Positions 20,103-29,018 of a stretch of 51,081 bases of DNA are shown here, piece by piece; position 1 is the stretch's first letter, and each line of letters begins with the position of its first letter. The DNA lies in contig NJBI01000022.1 of assembly GCA_005222975.1 (NCBI GenBank), positions 1-51,081 of the forward strand, in the 5' to 3' direction. The translations under genes and the position numbers were made by a program. Source of the DNA: Promethearchaeota archaeon Loki_b31 (GTDB lineage: Archaea; Asgardarchaeota; Lokiarchaeia; Sigyniarchaeales; SOKP01). Below the pieces are notes generated by a model. That model ran no database searches and was not told the DNA's origin. It worked only from the letters and a program-made list of their open reading frames with translations.

Positions 20103-20486
20103 ATAGCAAACACACTTGCCGATATGTGCAACAATCTCAAGAACGCAGAAAGTGCAAGAAAAAAAGAAGTAATAATTAAACCTGCTTCGAAATTAACACA
20201 AAAAGTTCTTCGCATCTTCCAGCAGCACGCATATATCGGAGAATTTGAGAGATATGACGATGGAAGGCAAGGAAAGTTTAAAATTGCCCTATTAGGTAAA
20301 ATAAATCACTGTGCTGGTTTATTGAGGCTTAACTATAAAACTAATCAATACGAATCACTCGAAAGAAGGTTGCTTCCAGCGCCAGGGTTAGGAATAATTG
20401 TATTAACCACTAACCAAGGTATTATAACCATGAAAGAGGCAGAAGAAAAACATATTGGTGGCATGACCTTATGTTATATTTATTAA
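20103..20486 (+). CDS. rps8: 30S ribosomal protein uS8 (probable ATA start)
   Basis: ANTLADMCNNLKNAE, PASKL, GYIG-like AYIGEFE, LPAPGLGIIVLTTNQG; GAGGTG SD lies 6 nt before ATA 20103. Confidence 0.93.
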   Translation: MANTLADMCNNLKNAESARKKEVIIKPASKLTQKVLRIFQQHAYIGEFERYDDGRQGKFKIALLGKINHCAGLLRLNYKTNQYESLERRLLPAPGLGIIVLTTNQGIITMKEAEEKHIGGMTLCYIY

Positions 20487-20508
20487 TATTGAAAGAAGGT
20501 AATAGTAA

Positions 20509-21087
20509 ATGGTAAAAATAGCATTTTATAAGGAAGAGATGGAAATTCCGGAAGGAGTGAAAGTTACCCTTGATGGAAACCATCATATTACTGTAAAAGG
20601 GCCCAACGGAAAAATAACAAAAGATTTCTCTCATGTGAGAGGTATAAAGGTCTCAATTGAAAGGAATAAAATATTTTTTTCTACAAACTTCCCAAAAAGC
20701 GTAACTCTCGCCTTGACTAAGACTATTATCAATTTAATTAAAAATTTAATAATCGGGGTTCAAACAAATTATAAATATATTTGTAAAGTGTGCTATAGTC
20801 ATTTTCCATGTACTGTGGAAGTGAAGCCTGATAAAAAAGAAATACATGTAATCAATTTTCTTGGAGAAAGAGCTCCAAGAGTTACACATTATTTAGATAA
20901 TGTAGAAGTAAAGGTTGAAGGTGAAGATGTTATTTTGATTGGACCCGATAAAGAAACATTGGGACAAACAGCAGCAAATATACAAAAATGCTGTAGAATT
21001 AGGAAGAAAGATCCAAGAGTTTTTCAAGATGGAGTATACCTCTACAAAAGACAGATTGGAGAAGAAGTTACTTGGGAAATAAAATAA
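20509..21087 (+). CDS. rpl6: 50S ribosomal protein uL6
   Basis: IPEGVKV, VKGPNG, YSHFP, NFLGERAPR, DPRVFQDGVY. Confidence 0.96.
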   Translation: MVKIAFYKEEMEIPEGVKVTLDGNHHITVKGPNGKITKDFSHVRGIKVSIERNKIFFSTNFPKSVTLALTKTIINLIKNLIIGVQTNYKYICKVCYSHFPCTVEVKPDKKEIHVINFLGERAPRVTHYLDNVEVKVEGEDVILIGPDKETLGQTAANIQKCCRIRKKDPRVFQDGVYLYKRQIGEEVTWEIK

Positions 21088-21102
21088 ATTGAGGTAAAAG
21101 CG

Positions 21103-21552
21103 ATGGAACAAAAAAGATTAATACAACTCAGGAAAAAAATCAATAAAAAACGACCATCCTTTAGACGTGTAGAATCGTGGAGATATGTGAGAGTAAAAGA
21201 TCCGTGGAGAAAGGCTAGAGGGATCGATTCACGAACTCGAATAAAATCTAAATCTGGTGTTAAATCTCCATCAATGGGGTATAGAGGGCCCAAAAAAGTT
21301 CGAGGACTTCATCCATCTGGATATGAAGAAGTAAAAGTTGTCAATATTAACGACATAGAAGGTTTAAATAACAAAAAACACGCACTTAAAGTTTCAGGTA
21401 AATTAGGTGTTAAAAAAAGAATAGCTTTAATTGATTACGCTCAAAGTAGAGGATTTAAAGTTCTTAATTTAGGAATATCTAAAAAAGAATTAGAGGGATT
21501 AGAGGCAATGTTAAAGTCGTCTATTGAAGATTTGGACGACGATGAGGATTAG
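21103..21552 (+). CDS. rpl32e: 50S ribosomal protein eL32
   Basis: KKRPSFRR, WRKARGIDS, GYRGPKKVRGLHPSGYEEV. Confidence 0.96.
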   Translation: MEQKRLIQLRKKINKKRPSFRRVESWRYVRVKDPWRKARGIDSRTRIKSKSGVKSPSMGYRGPKKVRGLHPSGYEEVKVVNINDIEGLNNKKHALKVSGKLGVKKRIALIDYAQSRGFKVLNLGISKKELEGLEAMLKSSIEDLDDDED

Positions 21553-21593
21553 AAAGAATACCTATAATTAATAATAGATTTGTGTGATAAAAA

Positions 21594-22052
21594 ATGAGTT
21601 TAAAAGCCCAAAAAAGAATGGCTGCAGAAATTTTAAAATGTGGGGAAAATCGAGTTTATTGCGATCCCTATTTAATCGATGAGATTAAAATGGCAATTAC
21701 TCGACAGGATATCCGAAATTTAATTAAAGAAGGAATAATTCAGAAAAAATATAAAAAAGGAAACTCAAAATATAGGAAAAATATCCGCCACGAAAGAAAG
21801 AAAAAAGGCAGGGCTAGGGGATTAGGCAAAAGAAAGGGAACAAAAGGCGCACGAACTCCCAAGAAAAAAGCTTGGATGAAACGCATTCGTCCTCAGAGAC
21901 GAGAATTGAAGAAGTTGAGGGATCGAAAATTAATTACTACAGCAACATATAGAAAGCTATACAAAAACGCTAAAGGTGGAATGTTTAATAGCGTCGCTCA
22001 AATGAACCGTCATATTAAAGAAAAAGATTTAATCAAGAGAGGTAGATCGTAA
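21594..22052 (+). CDS. rpl19e: 50S ribosomal protein eL19
   Basis: LKAQKRMAAEILKCGENRV, GKRKGTKGAR, WMKRIR, YRKLY..AKGG.F. Confidence 0.96.
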   Translation: MSLKAQKRMAAEILKCGENRVYCDPYLIDEIKMAITRQDIRNLIKEGIIQKKYKKGNSKYRKNIRHERKKKGRARGLGKRKGTKGARTPKKKAWMKRIRPQRRELKKLRDRKLITTATYRKLYKNAKGGMFNSVAQMNRHIKEKDLIKRGRS

Positions 22053-22646
22053 ATGGCAAAAGGACCGAGATATCGTCGATCTAATCGAAGGAGAGAAGAA
22101 GGTAAAACAAATTACCATAGGAGATTAAGGTTATTAAAATCAAAGAAGTTAAGAGTTGTAATTAGGGCTTCAAACAATCATATTATTGTCCAAATTATTC
22201 AATCTAAATTCGGTGGCGATAAGGTTTTAGTCTCTGCCCATTCTACGGAATTAACGTCAAAATTTGGATGGAAAGCAAATACAGGAAATGTCCCAGCAGC
22301 ATATTTAACTGGTTTTTTAGCAGGCCTAAGGGCTAAAAAACAAAATATTCATGAAGCTATTCTCGATTTAGGTATCTTTTATCATAGAATTCGAGTACTC
22401 GCGGCTTTTAAAGGTATTCTAAAATCAGAATTAGAGGTACCCTATAAGGAAAGCTTCTTTCCAGACCATTTGGAGGAACGAATCACTGGGGCTCAAATAG
22501 AAAAATTTGCTAATCTTCTAAAAAGCGAGAATCCAGAAAAATACGATCAAATTTTCTCAGGTTATCTAAAGAAAAATAAAATAAATCCATTAAAAATTAG
22601 TCAAATTGTTTCGAATACATTCAAAACAATTGAAAATAATGCTTAA
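22053..22646 (+). CDS. rpl18: 50S ribosomal protein uL18
   Basis: GPRY...RRREEGKTNYHRRL, NVPAAYLTG, AILDLG. Confidence 0.96.
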   Translation: MAKGPRYRRSNRRREEGKTNYHRRLRLLKSKKLRVVIRASNNHIIVQIIQSKFGGDKVLVSAHSTELTSKFGWKANTGNVPAAYLTGFLAGLRAKKQNIHEAILDLGIFYHRIRVLAAFKGILKSELEVPYKESFFPDHLEERITGAQIEKFANLLKSENPEKYDQIFSGYLKKNKINPLKISQIVSNTFKTIENNA

Positions 22647-22660
22647 AAAAGTGAGTTAAA

Positions 22661-23299
22661 ATGAGTCAACAAAGAAATCAAAGACAAAGAACACCAAGAA
22701 ATCCTGACGAAGGATGGGTTCCAAAAACGCGTTTGGGCGAATTGGTCAAAGAGGGGCTAATCACATTAGAAAAAATATTTGCTAATAATCTCATTGTCAA
22801 GGAGAAAGAAATCATTAACATTCTCCTCCCACAATTAAATGAGACTGTGGTTTCTATCTCCATGGTACAACAAATGACTGCTAGTGGTCAACGATCTAGA
22901 TTCAAAGCAGTTGTACTTGTCGGAACGGATGGATTTATTGGTGTAGGCTCAGCAAAGTCACGAGAGGTAGGACCTGCAATAAGAAAGGCAATTGATAGAG
23001 CAAAACTTTCTGTTACACCCGTTCTTAGAGGGTGTGGTAGTAAAGAATGTGGTTGTGGTCATACTCACAGCGTACCATTTAAGGTAGATGGAAAATGTGG
23101 TTCTGTGAAAATACGATTGATCCCGGCGCCACAAGGAGTGGGGTTAGCTTGTGCAGATAAAGTTAAACAAGTATTAAAATTAGCCGGTATCGAAGATATT
23201 TGGAGCAAAACTTTCGGTGATACTAGAACAAGCGAAAATCTTGTAAAAGCTACTGTTACCGCGCTTAAAAATGCTCACAAATTTAATTTCAATTTATAG
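22661..23299 (+). CDS. rps5: 30S ribosomal protein uS5
   Basis: WVPKTRLGELV, HSVPFKVDGKCGSV, LIPAPQGVGL, LAGIEDIWS. Confidence 0.96.
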   Translation: MSQQRNQRQRTPRNPDEGWVPKTRLGELVKEGLITLEKIFANNLIVKEKEIINILLPQLNETVVSISMVQQMTASGQRSRFKAVVLVGTDGFIGVGSAKSREVGPAIRKAIDRAKLSVTPVLRGCGSKECGCGHTHSVPFKVDGKCGSVKIRLIPAPQGVGLACADKVKQVLKLAGIEDIWSKTFGDTRTSENLVKATVTALKNAHKFNFNL

Positions 23300-23315
23300 A
23301 TGATGAGTGGTGTAT

Positions 23316-23852
23316 ATGATAGCTGAAAATAAAGTTATAGTCAGAAAAAAATCTAAAATAAAAAAACCGAAACCTCCTGTCCTGTACTTCGCAGTTCGTA
23401 TAAGAGGCGCACCAGGAATGAAACGCGTAATTTTAGACACATTAAAAATGTTAAGAATGCACAGGGTTAACCATGGAGTTCTTATTTGGGGTGAGGTTAG
23501 CTATGTTGGTATGCTTAAAAAAATTAAAGATTATATAGCTTATGGTGAAATCGACGAAAAAACACTGTTGAGATTATTGAGAGCAAGAGGGAAAGTAGAA
23601 GGAAATAAACCACTCACTGACGAACATATTAAAAATCTAACTAAATATAAGGATTTAAAAGAACTTACTAAAGCTTTAATATCTGGAGAAATTCAATACA
23701 GAACGAAAGATATATATAAAATAAAACCCGTGTTTCGATTGCACCCTCCAAGAAAAGGGCACCGCGGTACGATTAAAAAACATTATCGTGAAGGGGGCAC
23801 CTTGGGATATGTAGAGCAATATATTAATGAGATAATTCATAAAATGATTTAA
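23316..23852 (+). CDS. rpl30: 50S ribosomal protein uL30
   Basis: AVRIRG, TLKMLRM, KDYIAYGE, PVFRLHPPRKG. Confidence 0.95.
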   Translation: MIAENKVIVRKKSKIKKPKPPVLYFAVRIRGAPGMKRVILDTLKMLRMHRVNHGVLIWGEVSYVGMLKKIKDYIAYGEIDEKTLLRLLRARGKVEGNKPLTDEHIKNLTKYKDLKELTKALISGEIQYRTKDIYKIKPVFRLHPPRKGHRGTIKKHYREGGTLGYVEQYINEIIHKMI

Positions 23853-23873
23853 TTAGAAAGGTGAGATAAAACT

Positions 23874-24353
23874 ATGCGAAAATTCCCAAAAAAAGTTAGA
23901 AAAATGAGAGGGACCCGTACACATGGATATGGAAGAGTAGGTCAACATCGAAAAGCAGGTCAGAGAGCTGGAAAAGGTAAAACATCTCAATGGAAGAAAA
24001 GTAAAAAATCCTATTATCTCAAGCAAAAAGAACTTGGGTTCCCAGACCCAGATTGGGATTTTGGAAAACGAGGTTTTAAAAGACCACAAGATATTAATCG
24101 TATTTATCAAGTAAACGCTCTAAATGTAAAAGATTTAGATTCAAAAATAGAGGAATTAACTAAAAATAACATAGCCTCAAAATCGGGAAATACTTATACG
24201 ATTGATTTAAAAGATGTAAATATTCAAAAAATCTTAGGTCGTGGAGAAATTAATAAAAAAATTAATATTTCAGTTAATAAAGCTTCTAAAAGAGCTATTG
24301 AGAAAATCGAGTCTGCTGGTGGAAAAGTAACGCTTCTTTCGGAAGCTAAATGA
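23874..24353 (+). CDS. rpl15: 50S ribosomal protein uL15
   Basis: RGTRTHGYG, FGKRGF, KILGRG, AIEKIESAGG. Confidence 0.96.
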   Translation: MRKFPKKVRKMRGTRTHGYGRVGQHRKAGQRAGKGKTSQWKKSKKSYYLKQKELGFPDPDWDFGKRGFKRPQDINRIYQVNALNVKDLDSKIEELTKNNIASKSGNTYTIDLKDVNIQKILGRGEINKKINISVNKASKRAIEKIESAGGKVTLLSEAK

Positions 24354-24404
24354 TTAACTCATTATTATTTTTTGCTTATCTTTTTTATTTTTGTTTATTT
24401 GGAT

Positions 24405-25067
24405 TTAATCTAATAATTTTATAATTAGTTGAATTAATCCAGGTAATAAAAATATAAATCCTAAAGTATTTCCAACTAAATGAATCGTTGTAAATATTAT
24501 CCCAGAAAGATAGGACGCTATAAAATATTCTATCGTAATAGAAACTATAAAACCACCGAATAAAGTGCTTAAAATATCATATATAAAAGTAATTGACGCA
24601 CCTAAAACTCCAAATATCAACATTATTTGAAAAATATACAAATCTTCCCTTGGCTTAAAATATTTTTTGTTGCATAAATAATCTCTCGTAAGCCCACCTA
24701 ACGCTCCAGTTAAAGAATAATGCGTTAACTGGTAAAAGAAAAGCGGTGGCGGCGAAGGTCCGAATGGATTAAAAAATGTAAAAATGGTTGAACTTAATAA
24801 CCCAACTATAGCTCCTTCCTTTTTGTTCATAACGAAACCAGCTAAAAAGATCATCAAGGTAAAAATCTCAATGTTGGGAATATACGCCAACATATACCCC
24901 AAAACAACTGCTAAGGCTGAAAATGTACCTATTAACGCAATTCGAAAACTTTTTCTTTCTAACCAAACTGATTGATTAACTCTTTCAATTTCTTCGCTTT
25001 CACTATTGTTTTCGAATGAGATGTGAGATTTTCCATGTTCCTTAGATACTTTTGAATCAATAATCAT
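24405..25067 (-). CDS. ECF transporter S component (CbrT-like, candidate cobalamin specificity)
   Basis: IALIGTFSALAVVL, PNIE, ~6 TM helices, HLVGN near the C-terminus; start moved to ATG 25067. Confidence 0.75.
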   Translation of the reverse strand: MIIDSKVSKEHGKSHISFENNSESEEIERVNQSVWLERKSFRIALIGTFSALAVVLGYMLAYIPNIEIFTLMIFLAGFVMNKKEGAIVGLLSSTIFTFFNPFGPSPPPLFFYQLTHYSLTGALGGLTRDYLCNKKYFKPREDLYIFQIMLIFGVLGASITFIYDILSTLFGGFIVSITIEYFIASYLSGIIFTTIHLVGNTLGFIFLLPGLIQLIIKLLD

Positions 25068-25552
25068 CTTAATTTTTATTCCTTCTTTGTTTGGCAAAAT
25101 TCTATTAAAGTTTAGATATTTCAAAACTATTTGTATTAAATTTGATTAATTAATTATTAATTTAAAATCTTATGAAATCAAATATTTAATATTACAAGGT
25201 TTACAAGATATTATATTGAATTTTAAACTGATTCAAATAATATCTTCGAGGATATTTCTCTATTAATAAGTAATTGAAAAATATTTTGATGAAACTCTTC
25301 TTAACTCCATTTAATTCTGAGATCGATTATAGGAATTCTAACCTATTTGTTTCGCCCTCTATTCTCCATAAAACCTTTTAAAGTAATCACTCTAGATCAA
25401 TTCTATTTATAGTAGAAAGCGGGAATCATAGATAGGTTTTAACTAATAAATTCGTAATCTTTTTATTATATTTTAACTTTTAATTTTTAGGAAAACGGGA
25501 TAAGTTTCCTAACATTTTTGTCAAATAATAAAAAAATTAAAAAATTGATCTT

Positions 25553-26374
25553 ATGATTAAAAAAAGCATATTTCTTGGCATTTTCACCTCGATATTGGTA
25601 TTTCAAACAATCTTTTTCGCTCTAACTCCGATTATTAAAGCTGATACAGCAATTCCTGAAAATTATTGTGGAGAATTAGATTTCAATGAGGTTTATATTT
25701 ATGATGTATCTTCTTTTAATACAAGTAAACCTCTTGAGTGGAGAGAGTTAGATTGGTTTGCTCCACCAAGAGGTTTTGCCAATACAACTCCTGGAGGTCA
25801 AATACTAGTTAATTTCACTGGTTTTTACGATAAAGATCCTAACGATTCCTATAATCTTTTTGAAAGTCCAACATCATACATGAACATAGAGTTCAAGGAG
25901 AATAGACTAGGCGTTCTTGTTACAAATACTACTTTCTACAATATTTCAAATGGCGAAGTAGATATGAATTTAGCTATAGGCTATAATAAATTTAAGTCAG
26001 GATTTTTAATTCCAATTAATAATTTCACTTACTTAAAACAACAAGCCTACGCACAAGACGAACCTCCATACTGGAATGCGACCGTTATCATCGAAGAGAC
26101 TCAAAATAACATTTCGTTTGATTTTCGTCAAAAAGGTGGATTCCTTCAGAGAACTAAATCCATATACGATAAAATTTCAGGGCTATTAATTTATACAAAT
26201 ACTTCTATCGGAAATTACACGCTCGAGATGACATTAACTAATCTACCTGACTTAAACGCTGAGCTTCCATTAATTCCTGCATACCCTACATTAATCATAT
26301 TTACTAGCCTTAGTATAACTACAATAATCTTAATTCTCAGTGCAAAAAGAAAAACGAAGAAAAGCAAAAATTAG
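25553..26374 (+). CDS. secreted/surface glycoprotein with C-terminal anchor (Loki-CTERM-like)
   Basis: N-terminal signal peptide, many N-x-S/T sequons, C-terminal IPAY + TM + KRKTKKSK. Confidence 0.7.
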   Translation: MIKKSIFLGIFTSILVFQTIFFALTPIIKADTAIPENYCGELDFNEVYIYDVSSFNTSKPLEWRELDWFAPPRGFANTTPGGQILVNFTGFYDKDPNDSYNLFESPTSYMNIEFKENRLGVLVTNTTFYNISNGEVDMNLAIGYNKFKSGFLIPINNFTYLKQQAYAQDEPPYWNATVIIEETQNNISFDFRQKGGFLQRTKSIYDKISGLLIYTNTSIGNYTLEMTLTNLPDLNAELPLIPAYPTLIIFTSLSITTIILILSAKRKTKKSKN

Positions 26375-26422
26375 ATTTACAATAAATTATTATTTTTTTT
26401 TAAATTGTTTTTATTTTAAATC

Positions 26423-26848
26423 ATGGAAAAAAGGATTAAATATATTTTATTGGTACTTATTGGAATATCTTGCTTTAGTTTACTATTTTTTTTTAATACT
26501 ATCCTACTCCAAAATCCAGAATCTCCTATTAATCAAAATAATGGAGAAAGAGATGTGAAACAGTACTGTGTTGAAAATATTACGCTAATAATTGATTATT
26601 CCGGTGTAAAAACTAACGAGAAATTTGAAAATATAAATTTGACTAATTATGAAACTACGGCATATCACCTTTTACTTAATTGTTGTGAAATTGTTATTAT
26701 AGATTATGATCGGGGAGTATATATAAAAGAGATTAATGGTGTTGGAGTTGGTTGGATATATACAATTAACAACGATGTGCCCCCAAGTATGCCTTCAAAT
26801 TATTTCAATTTATTAGATAACGATACAGTTAAATGGACACATGTATAA
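26423..26848 (+). CDS. DUF4430/transcobalamin C-terminal-like protein
   Basis: N-terminal TM; TAYHLL, GVYIKEINGV, GWIYTIN, L.DNDTVKW pattern of the beta-grasp B12-binding domain. Confidence 0.75.
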   Translation: MEKRIKYILLVLIGISCFSLLFFFNTILLQNPESPINQNNGERDVKQYCVENITLIIDYSGVKTNEKFENINLTNYETTAYHLLLNCCEIVIIDYDRGVYIKEINGVGVGWIYTINNDVPPSMPSNYFNLLDNDTVKWTHV

Positions 26849-26900
26849 ATATGTTCTTATTAAGAAATCTAAAATGAGTATTTTTAACTTAACTAATAAT

Positions 26901-27338
26901 TTATGAAGTATGTAAACCTTTTGATTCAATTTTCTTAAGAACGGGCTCCATTTCTTTAAAAGATTTACGGATTTTATGGAAATAATAGCCAAGTTTATAG
27001 CCCTTCTTGCAATTCGTAAAAAGCATGAAGTTATTGTCTGAATCTCCAACTAAAATAATAGTATAACCTTTTACCCCTCTAATTACAATTTCTCTTAAAT
27101 CTCCTTGTCCCAAACCACTACTAATTTTTTCTCCCAATGAAATTAATGTGGCAGGGCTCGCACTATAAATATCTGCTACAATATCGGCAGTTTCAGAGCT
27201 AGCTATTCTCAATCCCGTTTTTGATACGATTGCAGAACCCTCCAAATCTGTAGAACTTTCTAACTTCTCTAAATTTTGCATAATTTCCCCCAATATTTCT
27301 GGATCGATGTTAATTTCTGATGCTTCAATTTTTTCCAT
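26901..27338 (-). CDS. roadblock/LC7 domain protein
   Basis: LEGSAIVSKTGLRIAS, LISLGEKISSGLGQGDLREIVIRGVKGYTII, KLGY. Confidence 0.88.
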   Translation of the reverse strand: MEKIEASEINIDPEILGEIMQNLEKLESSTDLEGSAIVSKTGLRIASSETADIVADIYSASPATLISLGEKISSGLGQGDLREIVIRGVKGYTIILVGDSDNNFMLFTNCKKGYKLGYYFHKIRKSFKEMEPVLKKIESKGLHTS

Positions 27339-27365
27339 TTTAACAACCTCACTTAATATTATTAA

Positions 27366-28808
27366 TTAATTCAGCAAATTTAAATCTTTTTTAGATTTCA
27401 ATGTAAAACTCCTTAATTCCTTTAACATGACTGATTGTCCTTTTTTCACAGTTTTATCTTTTCTTTCAACTCCTACAATTACCAACCCTTTTGTTCCAAA
27501 AGGTCCAATAATTTTTGTAAAAGGTGGTTCCAACTTTCGACCTATAATTTTTTTGGCTCCTTCAAGGCTTTGGGCTAAACCACTACAAATAATTCCTTGC
27601 GAATGCTCACTATTTTGCACTCGCCCTTTCTTTCTTTTGAATTTATACAATATCGGAGGTTTTTTATGGATTTTGGTTAATTTTGCTGCACCCAATATTC
27701 TTAATGTTGTTGGTGGTAAATCCAATCGACTTATTAACATCGTAATTCTATCTTTATTAATCAAAACTTTTTCGTTTAACCATAAAAAAGCCATAAATGT
27801 ATTTAAATCACCTGAACTTTCTAATTGAATTTTTTTTCCATCTATTTCGTAATACGGAAACAAAAATCCCGTAGATGTGGACATTCCTAATGTAACATGC
27901 ACTTGAGTTCCAAAATGAGTTTCTGGTTTAAATAGCTTGCTTTTATTTACTTGGATTTCAATAAGATCACAAAAATCGAAAGCGTCCTTATTATTTGTAG
28001 CGTAACAACCTCGGTATACCTTCTTAATATCTAATCCTTTTATATTAACTCCAACTCTATCACCTGCTTTAGCTTCATCAACATTCTGACGAAAAATTTG
28101 AATGGTTTTGACTCTACCTGAAGTATTAACCGGGATCACATCTATATCCTGGTTTAGCTTTAACCTCCCCTTTAATATTGTACCCGTAATTACCGCTCCT
28201 CTTCCCTTTATTAAAAAATGGTGATCAATTGGGATAATAACACTTCCTTCGTAATTTCTTTTTATATCCAAAGTTTTAACTTTCTCTAAAATTCCTTGCT
28301 TTAAATCTTCAAATCCGAGTTGATTTTTTGCAGAAACCGAAAAAATAGGTATATCCGAACCATATGAGGTCGATTTAAAAAATTCTCTAATTTTCTTAAC
28401 TTCTGCATCTAAATCTCCTTTAAATAAATCAATTTTGTTAAGTGCTATTATAATATCTTTTATATCGAGCGACTCTATCATTATTAAATGTTCTCCAGTT
28501 TGAATCTGAGGGCCTTTAGTTATATCAATTACGATTAGAGCACAATCAATAATCTCCACTGAAGAAGCACTAATTTTAATCAAATCGGCGTGACCAGGAC
28601 CATCTACTAAGGTGATCAAATATTCCTCTAAAATAAAACTCGTAAAACCTAAATCTATTGTAATTCCTCTTTCCTTGCTCTGAGGATGAGCGTCAATTCC
28701 AGCAGTTGAAATAAACTCGCTTAAAACAGCGGCTACTGCCGTCTTGCCGGAATCTATATGACCAAAAAGACCAATATGGACGGGAATTTTCTTCTCAATT
28801 TTTAACAT
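27366..28808 (-). CDS. selB: selenocysteine-specific elongation factor SelB/eEFSec
   Basis: GHIDSGKT, ERGITIDLGF, DGPGHADLI, QTGEHL, NKID, IDHHF..KGRG.V.TGT; short archaeal-type domain IV (IIGPFGTKG). Confidence 0.93.
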   Translation of the reverse strand: MLKIEKKIPVHIGLFGHIDSGKTAVAAVLSEFISTAGIDAHPQSKERGITIDLGFTSFILEEYLITLVDGPGHADLIKISASSVEIIDCALIVIDITKGPQIQTGEHLIMIESLDIKDIIIALNKIDLFKGDLDAEVKKIREFFKSTSYGSDIPIFSVSAKNQLGFEDLKQGILEKVKTLDIKRNYEGSVIIPIDHHFLIKGRGAVITGTILKGRLKLNQDIDVIPVNTSGRVKTIQIFRQNVDEAKAGDRVGVNIKGLDIKKVYRGCYATNNKDAFDFCDLIEIQVNKSKLFKPETHFGTQVHVTLGMSTSTGFLFPYYEIDGKKIQLESSGDLNTFMAFLWLNEKVLINKDRITMLISRLDLPPTTLRILGAAKLTKIHKKPPILYKFKRKKGRVQNSEHSQGIICSGLAQSLEGAKKIIGRKLEPPFTKIIGPFGTKGLVIVGVERKDKTVKKGQSVMLKELRSFTLKSKKDLNLLN

Positions 28809-29018
28809 TGAAATAAGGAAAAGTGAAATGAATCTATGATGTAATTTAATAATTATTTAAAATTAATATCTTTTAATATAAAAATATTAAAATCAATAAT
28901 TTATTTTAATAAGTCAGAGAAATAAGTGTAATTATTGGACTCCAATAAAATTTAATTATAAATACAATATCATTTTATTATATCTTATTTTAAATCAAAC
29001 CGAGAAGTGAGAAGTTAA

